A stretch of DNA of 42,525 nucleotides, taken from Phoronis australis. Taxonomy: Eukaryota > Animalia > Phoronida. Shown one piece after another: positions 24,501 to 33,585 of this stretch. The notes beneath the pieces are model-generated. The model worked only from the letters and a program-made list of their open reading frames with translations, ran no database searches and was not told where the DNA came from. How positions within the stretch are numbered: the first letter of the stretch is position 1; every line of letters begins with the position of its first letter. The position numbers were made by a program, and so were the translations under genes. The stretch is taken from contig NMRA01000145.1 in the NCBI GenBank assembly GCA_002633005.1, positions 1 through 42,525 of the forward strand. Direction: 5' to 3'.

Positions 24501-27500
24501 CGTGTATTACCAGACCATGGCTTCCAAGTATACGCCGAGGCGTATCTTGGAATTTAACTTTTTTGCCCAAAGTGATATTTCCCTAAGCCTTGTCCGCAGA
24601 TAACTTCGGTGGTGCTACTGCGACTGCTGCAGCTCTTATCAATATTATCGTCACTACTATTATCAATATCATTATTATGGCTAATTTCATTTTCGCTATA
24701 ATCACTGTTATGATTATAGTTATTTAATTATAACTATACTTCATTACAACTATCAAATTAAATATGATTGTGAATATATTATAGCTATTTAATTACAATA
24801 ACACTAGTCTTTATTATAGCTGTTTAATTATAACTATACTTTATTACAACTATCAAATAAAGTATGATTGTAAATATTTCATAGCTATTTAATTACAATT
24901 AGTAGTCTTTTTGTAGCTTTGAAATATAATTGTAACTGTTATTACTATTGCTTGTAATTTATTGTGCTGTTTTAATTTGTAAGTTATTCTGTCGCTGTGA
25001 AATGTTTCAGGTAAGTGTGGCAACAACTGTCTCAGCTTTCAAAGCAATTATCTGGCGTGGGAAGAGGATGGGATCGGACGGAGTTTTGTATTTCTGGCAC
25101 TACAGGGACTCTTGTACTTCGCCATCTTGTTTCTGCTGGAGTCTGACATATTGCGGCGAGTCGTGTACCTCTCGCAAAGAAGGAGCGTTCACGTACAACC
25201 AGAGGTCCTGACGCAAGTGAACGGGACTCTCAGCCCGAAGAGCTACGTTTCTCGTCAAGGCTCTATTACTAGCGAGGACACTGACGTGATTAATGAACGG
25301 AATCGCGTCCTAAATGAGAGTCCGGAGCTTGTCGGGTCGAGGTCAGACGTCATTGTTCTCAGAGATGTAACGCGGTATTTTGGACCACTCACCGCCGTCG
25401 ATCACATCAGCGTGGGAATCCCACGCAAGGAGTGTTTTGGTTTGTTAGGAGTTAATGGTGCGGGAAAGACGACAACTTTTAAGATGTTGACTGGTGATGA
25501 GTTCTTGTCCGAGGGCGATGCCTTTATGAACTCGTACAATATAAAGACTGACATCAAACGGGTAGGGAACTGACAATTATTCTATTCCAGTTTTTGGAAA
25601 CATTCACAGTTTGTTACATGTACATGACTTGTTGAATTCTTTCTGTATTTTGGTTGGTGACCATTGGTTGATATATTGATCCTCAGAGTATTTGGGCAGC
25701 AACGTAACATGCCTTAAAAGCTGTTTTTAAATTTGTTTTTCCTAATATTTTCAAAAAAATCTTCATCGGTACCATTTTTGTTGCTGCACTATTGTAGTCA
25801 GATGTTTTTCATCAGCTTCACTATTTGGTATTTTGTAGACTATTCATCAATACAACTTAACGCTTATCCAGATACAGTAGATTGTACTTATTTGTCGTTC
25901 AAGGTTGTGAAAATAATTGTATATGTCACCAAGATTTGTTATTTTTGGTTCCAGGTACAGCAGAGCCTTGGTTATTGCCCCCAGTTTGATGCACTAATTG
26001 ACCTGATGACGGTAAGAGAGACCCTTTACATGTTTGCCCGGTTACGCGGGGTCAAAGAGTGGCAGATAAGGAAGGCCGTCTGGGAGTTAGTACAAGCACT
26101 GCTGTTAGAGGAACATGTTGATAAACTGGCCAAAGACCTAAGGTAATTAAGATGGCAAAACTAAGACAATATGGCATATTTTACATGAAAACTAGGCAAT
26201 CGGACATCAATCCTACTGCATGAGGTGTTTACATACCCATACTGAGTAAGATGATGCGTAAGAGGAGGCAATGTGGCCTACTTGGATAAGTGTCCACTTC
26301 CTTTACTAAAGGTTGTGCCGGGGTTCAAATTTCACAGGGGCACACTGCTATACCCTTGAGTGAGGTCTCTATCTCCTCAGCTCAGTTTAATCAAATATTA
26401 ATAAAGCATGTTTCCAGGTGATCCATACAAGGAACCCTCTTGAGCGGCTTGTAGGTTTGTCACAACGTGTAGCAGACAGCCTGCAAATATTTTTTTAAGA
26501 TGGCATCGCAGTTATCAAACATCGCAGACTCTTTCCCCAGTCAATCGCATTTATCATACTAGTCAGGTATACGTAGAAGGACACAACGCTAAGCAGCAGG
26601 AGTCCACTAAGTGTTCACTAAGGGGCTCACTACTTCCTTTCTAACATTGCACTTTGCCTCTATTTCATCTCTTGTTGACTACATTGTCCATCGCTGGCTT
26701 CACTGTGGTGTAAATGATGAGTTACTTATTCCAATTAACCGTTTACTCTGTGTTCCATCAGCTTGATACCATATGTTGCCACAATGCATTTTTTTAAATA
26801 CATTCTCGATCACCTCAACTGCCCCCTCAATCATCTGATTTTAATACTATATGTGCGCAAGCAAAATCTATGTATTTTTGTATTTCAAATAAAATTTTTG
26901 ATAAAAATGAAACTTTCTTTTATTATGGATTTATTTATTTATTATTGTGATATTTAAAATGAGGGTGGCCTCTTCAGTGATAGCACTGCTTTCCAAGTAT
27001 GACAGTATATAGCTACACAAGTCAAAATTTTGCATTGGGTAATGATTAAGCTGTTTCATTGTATTTTATTTCTGTAGATGCTTCCTTATTGTATGCAGTT
27101 TTTTCTGTGATAACTTTCAGCGGTGGAAACAAACGTAAGCTGAGCACGGCCATAGCTCTGACAGGAGACCCACCGATTGTGTTCCTGGATGAGCCAAGCA
27201 CTGGCATGGACCCTGTGGCAAGGAGACACCTGTGGGACGTTCTGACCAAAGTACGGGCCAGCGGAAGGACACTGGTTCTTACCTCACACAGGTACTCTCA
27301 CTGGTATTATCTGTTAATTAACCAGCGGTACATTGTTTGGTAAAATTTATGGTTTGTTTGTCGATTTTTGCAAGGTGGCGGAGCTTGTGATAGGTCAACT
27401 GTAATTTGGTCAATAGTTAGATCAATTTTGCTCAAGTCATTTTTTCCATTTTCTTCTTTTTCCACTCAATTTACAAGTTAGTAAATAGTGCCTCATCTTT

Positions 27501-27973
27501 GATCAAGTCCTCGTTCACATTTCAGCATGGAGGAGTGTGAGGCGTTGTGCACACGCATCGCGATCATGGTAAACGGTGTGTTCAAATGTCTTGGCAGCAC
27601 GCAGCACCTGAAAAACAAGTTTGGTGATGGCTATACCATCATAGCCCGGGTCGGCTACCCCGAGGAGGGTGTTCCCCCAGATCTTGTGCCTTTGCAGAAC
27701 TTCATACAATCTCGCTTCCCTGAGAGTGAACTGAAGGACATTCATGAAGACCTGGTGCATTACCATGTTCCCAAGTCTGGGGTGAGTTGGGCCACTGTCT
27801 TTGGAGTGATGGAACGAGCTAAGACTGAGTACAACATCGAGGATTACTCCGTCAGTCAGACTACTCTGGAGCAGGTGTTTTTGAACTTTGCCCGAGCCCA
27901 AGTTCCCCCGTCAGAACATTCTCTGGGTTGCTGCAGTAAATGTTCTGTGTTTTGCCGGGGTCTGTGTCAGTGA
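3259..27973 (+). CDS. ABCA3: ABCA-subfamily full transporter, ABCA3-like lipid transporter; 18 coding exons
   Basis: join(3259-3577,5999-6146,8962-9095,9262-9512,11521-11758,12386-12559,13026-13481,15771-15925,16783-16938,17383-17593,18378-18627,19296-19405 or 19429,20496-21479,23558-23842,25011-25561,25955-26142,27121-27291,27526-27973). All introns GT-AG with consistent phases. N-term [16 protein letters not shown] (ABCA xLxxKN). NBD1 [20 protein letters not shown]; NBD2 [20 protein letters not shown]; C-term [13 protein letters not shown]. Short ECD1 and GYYREGFL resemble ABCA3 rather than ABCA1. Confidence 0.93.
3654..3835. repeat. Degenerate tandem duplication, ~113-bp period (also at ~2757-2938)
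   Basis: tgtgacattaaat..acagtcagtc...cattggattat...gttacagccagt repeated. Confidence 0.8.
4845..5119. mobile_element. Harbinger/PIF-like MITE, decayed; same family as 15447-15720 in opposite orientation
   Basis: ttggcttttgtctttttgactttcagc and gactcctcaaagaacagggcc match the reverse complement of 15447-15720. Confidence 0.55.
5999..6146 (+). CDS. ABCA3: ABCA3-like exon 2 ([12 protein letters not shown]...IWYTLR)
   Basis: tacag|, AG|gtgtgt; phase 1 to 2; GGVVF...YTLR motif of ABCA ECD1. Confidence 0.85.
7046..7380. mobile_element. Non-autonomous TTAA-flanked DNA transposon (Kolobok-like)
   Basis: TTAA ends; TIRs ttaaaaagtataccaaactctattttg / caaaactgggtttggtatccttttaa; second copy at 30902-31254. 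Confidence 0.7.
8962..9095 (+). CDS. ABCA3: ABCA3-like exon 3 (LAFYGRNG...[17 protein letters not shown]...GGSP)
   Basis: long T tract + cag|, G|gttaga; phase 2 to 1; WxT..xP.F...PRE motif. Confidence 0.88.
9262..9512 (+). CDS. ABCA3: ABCA3-like exon 4 ([11 protein letters not shown]...EKERRLK)
   Basis: tttgcag|, AAG|gtcagt; conserved YPPY and EKExRLK. Confidence 0.92.
10657..11095 (+). mobile_element. Helentron-associated (HINE/DINE-1-like) non-autonomous element
   Basis: T-tract start, hairpin gtgcccacatat/atatgtggacac, (CCGT)n microsatellite, tgaaattt core, 3' gggcac. Confidence 0.6.
11521..11758 (+). CDS. ABCA3: ABCA3-like exon 5 (ESLKMMGV...VFFAK)
   Basis: ccacag|, AG|gtaagt; TM helices of TMD1. 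Confidence 0.92.
12238..12350. repeat. C/CT-rich low-complexity tract with an N gap at 12290
   Basis: ctccct repeats, poly-C. Confidence 0.85.
12386..12559 (+). CDS. ABCA3: ABCA3-like exon 6 ([13 protein letters not shown]...MFEGT)
   Basis: ttttcag|, AG|gtaatg; phase 1 to 1. Confidence 0.92.
13026..13481 (+). CDS. ABCA3: ABCA3-like exon 7 (PGEYGVP; NBD1 Walker A GHNGAGKT)
   Basis: ttttag|, G|gtaaga. Confidence 0.93.
13695..14510 (+). mobile_element. Older, longer copy of the 10657-11095 HINE-like family
   Basis: Shares ggatc(t/c)gactacca..tg..ccctagtggcaatttta and ccacctagtg.ccat and tcgcatttc blocks with 10830-11065. Confidence 0.55.
14555..14725. repeat. AT-rich imperfect palindrome built of short repeats (foldback remnant)
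   Basis: gtaagttaattcttgttagaggtgtaa pairs with ttacgcctcttacatgaattaagttac. Confidence 0.6.
15112..15146. repeat. (TTGTTTA)4 microsatellite
   Basis: direct reading. Confidence 0.85.
15447..15720. mobile_element. Harbinger/PIF-like MITE
   Basis: TIRs GGCCTGTTTCTCGAAGAG / CTCCTGGAGAAGCAGGCC; superfamily is inference from TIR start. Confidence 0.65.
15771..15925 (+). CDS. ABCA3: ABCA3-like exon 8 ([13 protein letters not shown]...[20 protein letters not shown])
   Basis: ctactag|, AAG|gtaatg; Q-loop. Confidence 0.92.
16783..16938 (+). CDS. ABCA3: ABCA3-like exon 9 (LKGF...[20 protein letters not shown])
   Basis: ttcttag|, AAG|gtgact; ABC signature motif. Confidence 0.92.
17383..17593 (+). 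CDS. ABCA3: ABCA3-like exon 10 ([12 protein letters not shown]...[13 protein letters not shown])
   Basis: ttccag|, G|gtaggt; Walker B, D-loop, H-loop. Confidence 0.93.
18118..18210. repeat. Dispersed repeat fragment, direct copy at ~38068-38145
   Basis: cagcaaaattctaataa.agaatg.ctta...cttacta...gttaattccccttca...tcagtcat in both. Confidence 0.75.
18378..18627 (+). CDS. ABCA3: ABCA3-like exon 11 (GAGYHM...TTMEEVFMK), regulatory domain 1
   Basis: tttgcag|, AA|gtaagt. Confidence 0.92.
19296..19405 (+). CDS. ABCA3: ABCA3-like exon 12, linker (VGEQTDDP...HDKQL); alternative end 19429
   Basis: ttacag|; phase 2 entry gives the expected FMK-VGE; GC-rich island in AT-rich intron; two in-phase donors. 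Confidence 0.75.
20496..21479 (+). CDS. ABCA3: ABCA3-like exon 13 ([19 protein letters not shown]...FNIIT), ECD2/TMD2
   Basis: tttcag|, AG|gtgagt; [16 protein letters not shown]. Confidence 0.93.
21651..22350 (+). mobile_element. Highly decayed HINE-like remnant; boundaries uncertain
   Basis: tttttatgtgc...tcatctctgtcctggcatctg resembles the 10657 element start. Confidence 0.3.
23558..23842 (+). CDS. ABCA3: ABCA3-like exon 14 (SVTVLAV...[10 protein letters not shown]...FPCCA)
   Basis: gacag|, CAG|gtaagt. Confidence 0.9.
24714..24909. repeat. AT-rich tandem duplication, ~99-bp period
   Basis: tttaattataactatactt.attacaactatcaaat...atagctatttaattacaat...tagtctt x2. Confidence 0.85.
25011..25561 (+). 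CDS. ABCA3: ABCA3-like exon 15 (KCGNNC...[12 protein letters not shown]...GVNGAGKT...DIKR)
   Basis: tttcag|GTAAGT start, CGG|gtaggg end; NBD2 Walker A. Confidence 0.88.
25955..26142 (+). CDS. ABCA3: ABCA3-like exon 16 ([14 protein letters not shown]...AKDL)
   Basis: ttccag|, AG|gtaatt. Confidence 0.92.
26262..26460 (+). mobile_element. tRNA-derived SINE remnant
   Basis: A-box-like TGGCCTACTTGG, B-box-like GGTTCAAAT, then cccttgagtgagg core-like segment; no cloverleaf. Confidence 0.5.
27121..27291 (+). CDS. ABCA3: ABCA3-like exon 17 ([11 protein letters not shown]...[11 protein letters not shown]...LTSH)
   Basis: tttcag|, AG|gtactc. Confidence 0.92.
27526..27973 (+). CDS. ABCA3: ABCA3-like exon 18, last ([11 protein letters not shown]...GLCQ*)
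   Basis: tttcag|; TGA 27971-27973. Confidence 0.92.
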
Positions 27974-29429
27974 GTTGTGCTGCTGAAGTTTGGCATGCTC
28001 TCTTGGACGGAATCAATTACACGACTGCATAATACAAAAATGTTTGTCTGTCTGTTGATGTAAATGCCTGTTCTAGTTATTTACATTCTTGATGTCGACA
28101 TTTCTTTATTGAAGCAGACAATTGGAAGACAATTATTTTAAGATGGAATTTTACTGTATATGTGGGTATTTAGGTCCATATGCCTGTATTCGAAACAATG
28201 TTTTTTTAAAGAAAATTTTTTACTCAAGTGTTAGACGTATAGGTGCATGTGCGCGACCTCCACGTATCGGTGCATTCAACTTTCCTTTGTATAATATGTG
28301 CATCTCTTTAATATGGTGGCTTTTGTCTGTTTGTCCATTCTCGGTATTTTTATTTAAAGCTGCAATCTGTCCTGTTTAGCCGTCACTTTAAACATATTTC
28401 TAGTTCTTAACCAAAGAGCAAAAGCCAACAACTAATCTACGGTGTACTCACGGGACTAATCCTTGTTAGGTCATGTGACTGGTCTACTCTTGAATGGAAT
28501 TTCTTGCTCAGATTTTGCAGTTCATGGTCTTGGTAGCAAAAAGCAAGTACTTTCATGGTAAGGACATTCTAGAGACGGATTTTCTAACAGTACAGTCCTA
28601 ATTTGATTTACGTTTTTAGCCCCCTAAAAAACGAGACATGCAGCAGCTGTTAATTTTACATGGAATACATCTCTGTCAACCATTTTGGTTACACGTAACA
28701 AGTTTTTGTCATATATTTGTGTGCGTAATTCTGGATATAGGCGCAGCTTCACATTGGACCTAAAAACTCACATATACAGTTATGGATTGGATTCGAACGT
28801 GTTCAATAATGCAAAACTATGCAGGTTTCGTTATCAATGCTTAAGGTTATGAGGACCCTAGAAAATATCCATATTTGGTTAACTTTGGGACATCATGTCT
28901 CGGAGATGTTACAGCATTTTTGAGATTTCATCTTGAACATTTTTGTCAAGTCAAATTTGGTCTTGTTCTTGATACCATTGTTTTGCTATGATTGTACCTT
29001 TCTTTTTTGCCATTTTTACTAAAAAAGACTGTCACATGGTTGCCCAATTTATGGCAGATTTGTGTTCGGACATTTTTCAAATTCTGCTGGCTTTTTAGTT
29101 TCAGGAAACATATACCTTCTGAGTTGAAATCTATATTTTTGTAAACATATAACTAAATACACAAACTCGTCAATTAAGTCCTACATAACCTTCCATGTAA
29201 CTTTTGTAGTGTTAACCACGGTAATGCTGAAAATTACACGAATTGCTTCATAATCTACTCAAACTCTGAAGCAAAGAAAAATACAAAATGGCCATGTCAG
29301 CCTTCTTTATCAGCAAAAATTTCTTGACATTGCAGAGCCACCAGGCTCCTTCTGCCAGGGAATGGTGACAATCTGATTTCCATGGAGAGAAAATTAAGAG
29401 TTTGCAAAACTTTTGATTTACAATTCTTA

Positions 29430-29597
29430 CAACTCTTGATAAACCAGATATGTGCAATACATGTGTGCCAATATACATGCAACTAGTCAAACCCATGACC
29501 AAAATTAATTCAAGGATTTGATCGGACACGAACTGTTTTGTCATTCATGTTTTTCCAATGAATTGTATGATGTTAATGACTTGTTCCAGTTGTTGTT
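29430..29597. repeat. Dispersed repeat in ABCA 3'UTR, direct copy at ~31750-31870
   Basis: aactcttga.aaac...atatgtgcaataca.gtgtgccaat...aaacccatgaccaaaat...ttgttccag in both. Confidence 0.75.
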
Positions 29598-30818
29598 GAA
29601 TAAGATGTTGTTTTTTAAAACCATTGTTGCTTACAGTTTGTGGTTTATGAAGACACCTGGGTGTGGATGGTGTATAAGTGGGGGTCACTTTCTGCAGATC
29701 ATTTGCTAAGTATTTTTCGGTTTTCAACAAGCAGGTAATTGCTTTTCTGAGCATGAGAAAACTCCTACTTTACGTTAACATTTTTGGTTTTGTTACCCCA
29801 ACGGGTAAGTGAGCCAAAGTTGGACTGTGACTCATCCGTCCCAATCAAGTCACAAGTTTCACAAATTAATGCTGATGGCTTGCCGTAATACTGATCAAAA
29901 ACCAATTCACTAATTTCTCTGATAATGTATTTGATTTAAAAATTCAAAGAGGGATACTATTTATTTTTCAACTGGTGTGTATGACCGCAGTTATCTTATC
30001 CAGACAACCCCATTGAGAGCGACTAGCTCACTTCAATCCGTGACGGTGCCATCAAGCCTTTGATGTGAAGAGAAATTTGCTGGATACTCTGGTGTAAACA
30101 GTGCACGCTTTCTTGTCCACTTGCGTGCAAATCCTGTTAGTGTAAGATTTGTCTAATGGAGGCTGTCATAGAACCTTTACTGGATGGTTCTGAAAACATT
30201 ACCTCATGACATGAGCATTTCCCGATGTTTTCAATGTAGCTCCAAATGATTTTTTCTGTTGTCCCACCATTGCCAATAGATGGCAACCTTTGTCAAGAAG
30301 TGAGCACGAAAAATATGGCTTCGTCCTTTTAGTTTTAGGACGACTTTTTTGTTAATGTGTAAATTGTTTGCTCACTCAAATACACATATGAACCAATAAG
30401 AACTGAAATACACTCAACCCCAGAGGTCCCATAGTTGGGCTCGTTGTTCATTGAAAACTTGAGGTTGGTCTAGGTGAAAGCTTGGTGTATGTGATATGAA
30501 ACATCTAGTGAATGCATTTATTACAAGATCAGCTATTTGTGAACCCGGATTGGCGCGATTATATTTTAGTATTTTGTTGACCACTTATTGTATTTGATTT
30601 GATAAACTGATTTCAGTTTTTATTTATTCTAATAGGAGCGACTTGTTGAAGTTTCACACACAGTTATGTTTTAGTGGATCCCTATCTACCATTTTTCAGT
30701 AGGAGTCTTGCCCGGAATAGTTCTGCTTTGTGCGAAGCAGTTGTTCAGGCTAGAATAGCCAGTTGCCTAAGGACCACTTAAGATAAAAATATAGAAATTG
30801 TTTTTATAATTGTTTAAA

Positions 30819-30824
30819 AATAAA
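30819..30824 (+). terminator. Candidate polyadenylation signal of ABCA3-like gene (3'UTR about 2.85 kb)
   Basis: First AATAAA I found after the stop; followed by GT-rich tgttagttgttttctggtgtt. Confidence 0.5.
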
Positions 30825-30901
30825 CACATTTAGTTTAATATGTTAGTTGTTTTCTGGTGTTACATACATTGCTGTGCACAAATTTCTCCCACTCCAGACA
30901 C

Positions 30902-31254
30902 TTAAAGGATAACAAACCTGGTTTTGGCCTCTTAACAGATACTAAAAATGGCTTTCCTATCCAGTTCTCTGAAACAAAATAATGCTCTATAATCCTCGAG
31001 AACCCTCAAGTCTTGAGGAAACTTTGAAAACTCCTTTCAAAGTTTGGCAAGCATGACTTATGCTTTTAGCAAGTTATACTGCAACTGTGGGAAAAGACCA
31101 CCCACCAAGGACCATAATGTCCATTTTTGGGACAGGTATGGGTTTTTAGTTGAGTCCTGCTTTTATGTCTCAAGACTGGTGCCAATGATGAATTAGCAGG
31201 CCAGAGAATGAGGAATGATTGAAATCCTCAAAGCAGGGTTTTGTGTCCTTGTAA
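30902..31254. mobile_element. Kolobok-like MITE, inverted copy of 7046-7380
   Basis: ttaaaggataacaaacctggttttggcc...agttctctgaaacaaaataatgct...aaactcctttcaaagt is the reverse complement of the 7046-7380 copy. Confidence 0.7.
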
Positions 31255-31468
31255 GGGAGGCGAACCCATAATGGAAGGAGGTTGCCTGAATGATGATAGG
31301 GTCTTCAACTGAAAAGGTATTTGAGCAGTATGCCTTTTACATTAAGGAACCCCTCCAAGAGGGGGGCACTCTGTTGGGAGGCCCAGCCTGGGGCAATTGC
31401 ATCTTTGCACCCTAAAATTCAGCACTGTCCACTGTTCAAAAGTGGAAGTGTTCAAGTAAAGCACAGCG

Positions 31469-31626
31469 CAGGGGCAGATCCAAGAATTTGAGTTGGTGGG
31501 GGGCAGGTCAGAGTATTAGCCAGGATTTAACCTGTGACACATTCGCACTCCCGAACTGCCAAATGGAATCTGGGAGAAATTTTGGGGGGGCCATGGCTCC
31601 CCCGCCCCCTTCTAAAGTCGCCACTG
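31469..31626. mobile_element. hAT-like MITE
   Basis: TIR CAGGGGCAGAT / AGTCGCCACTG with G/C-run subterminal hairpin gggggggccatggctccccc; no clean 8-bp TSD. Confidence 0.55.
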
Positions 31627-33215
31627 CAGCACCCATGAGCCGCCAAAGTTGAAAATGTTCCAAAAACAATAAACCACCATCGATCAGCATCGAAAGGTAA
31701 CAGTGAAGGTCACTATTCATGAATTACCCAACAGCAGTATTCCCTAATGAACTCTTGAGAAACTCAATATGTGCAATACACGTGTGCCAATGTAACTTGT
31801 TAAACCCATGACCAAAATCAGTTCAGTTCTATGAACTGTGTGTTGTAAAAAATTTGTTCCAGCAGTTGATATGTAACACATCACTGGCCGTAAATCCGTC
31901 TACCACTAAATAAACAACTTCTGACTTAATATCATGAAACTGGTCTCAAATTTTTCCTGCGTCAAACTGGTGGTTTCACAGGAGCTTCAACAGAACTGGT
32001 AGATAGTTATTTCTAGAGTTCAGGGGTCCGTTTCAAGAGGGTGACTTAAAGACTCAAGCGACTTAACAAAATTAGAGATAAGTACACTACCAATTAAGCC
32101 GCCATTACAAGTGAATGTTCAAATAGCTGACATTTATAGGTTATGTTGACCAAAAACAAGTTTTCACCGAATAATTAACCAGACCTTGACACTTTGACAT
32201 CTGCATAATCGGCTTTTTCTAGGCTTCAGCAAATCGACTTAATATGAACTTGGGCAGACAAAAACGACTCGATGCATTTCGCTGAAACTTTCCAAACTTT
32301 TTAATATAAAGGCCTGGTTTTTGCTTAAAGTGATGAATACGACTATTTTTTATAAAAAATACCTTAGGTTTTGCGAGTTGATTTGCCATAGATACCAAAC
32401 TAAAATGCTCATCAAAAATTCCCAACGGTGTTTTTGAGGTAATTGGTGAAAGGTTTTTTAAAAATAAAATTTTGACTTAAAGGTGTTAACGTAATATTTT
32501 AATGGCACATAAATATAAAACATATATTTATATTCCCTGATCTTTTTTTAGTTTTACCATTACTCTTTCCTTTCCCCAGCCTTTGATCACATTCTTCATT
32601 CATTTGCCACCTGATCAGTTGCTCAACACCGACTAGTGTGGCATGACCACCGTATGTGTTAACACAAAATCATCAGTGGAGGGTAGAATTATGTGTTCAT
32701 GGGAAAGTTACGGAGTACCTGATCTAGAGGCAGGATTTGGCATACTGTATTTTGTCAACTGCATTCTCAGAAGCATAATCCCCTGGAACTCTTTATGGTG
32801 GCTATTTATGAGTCCTGATCGCCTGCTTTTGCCTTAGTTAATTTTATCGATTAAAATTAGACGTGTTAGTTTAATAAAAAATTGAAACAAAAAATGAAAC
32901 AAAAACCTAAGATCATCATTGTAAATAGATTCAGCAGTTTTGAAGTTGATTTCACCCCGTTTTCAAATTAAAATCTAATTGGGCCTCACAAATTTCAAAA
33001 TATTCCTTATCATGATAGGCCTCTATCTCCATTACCAACCTGAACATCGACTTGAGAAATGCCTTATTCTTTATGGTGGTTGGAAAATCCTAAATTGTGG
33101 ATTAAAAGCGGTGCATTTACACATTGCCTGTGATGAGATATTGGATCATTCCACAATAATTCACAACTACCAGTAAACCCATTCAGAGTAAAATACCAAA
33201 GTTATCAGTAATATT

Positions 33216-33459
33216 TTTATTTCAGTCCAAGTAATTTGTGACTTGTACATACAACAGATGATGCAATCTGTTAATACCAAATAGTGATCTGCTGGTTATG
33301 AGAATATATGTACTGCCACTGAAAGATAAGACGATTCTGAAGTTTTTCAACTCTTGGAGGACACTAAAGACACATGTACACTCGTACTTTCATACTTCCT
33401 TTGCTTGACTAAATTGTGTCACACGCAGTAACCCAAAAGCTATATAAATTAATTTTATT
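33216..33459 (-). terminator. Two candidate AATAAA signals for UQCRC2 (33459-33454 and 33221-33216)
   Basis: tttatt on + strand about 40 and 280 nt past the stop. Confidence 0.5.
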
Positions 33460-33498
33460 CACAAACAACTTCCTTCTCTCGACTAAGAAAGACCTTCC

Positions 33499-33585
33499 TT
33501 ACAATAATTCATCCAAATAAGGTGTTTCATATAAATCTCCGACGGCAGCAAAGGCGACTTTTCCAGCATTCACTTTTTTAGCAAC
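33499..33585 (-). CDS. UQCRC2: UQCRC2 last exon (VAKKVNAGK...TPYLDELL*)
   Basis: tttcag|; TAA 33501-33499. Confidence 0.92.
   Translation of the reverse strand, partial: VAKKVNAGKVAFAAVGDLYETPYLDELL

Noticed and set aside
26262-26340. tRNA gene
   Set aside because: Only degenerate A/B boxes, no acceptor stem or cloverleaf; better explained as a SINE head
27970-27975. GTGAGT overlapping the ABCA stop as a donor to an alternative last exon
   Set aside because: Protein is already complete and no downstream coding-like exon was seen
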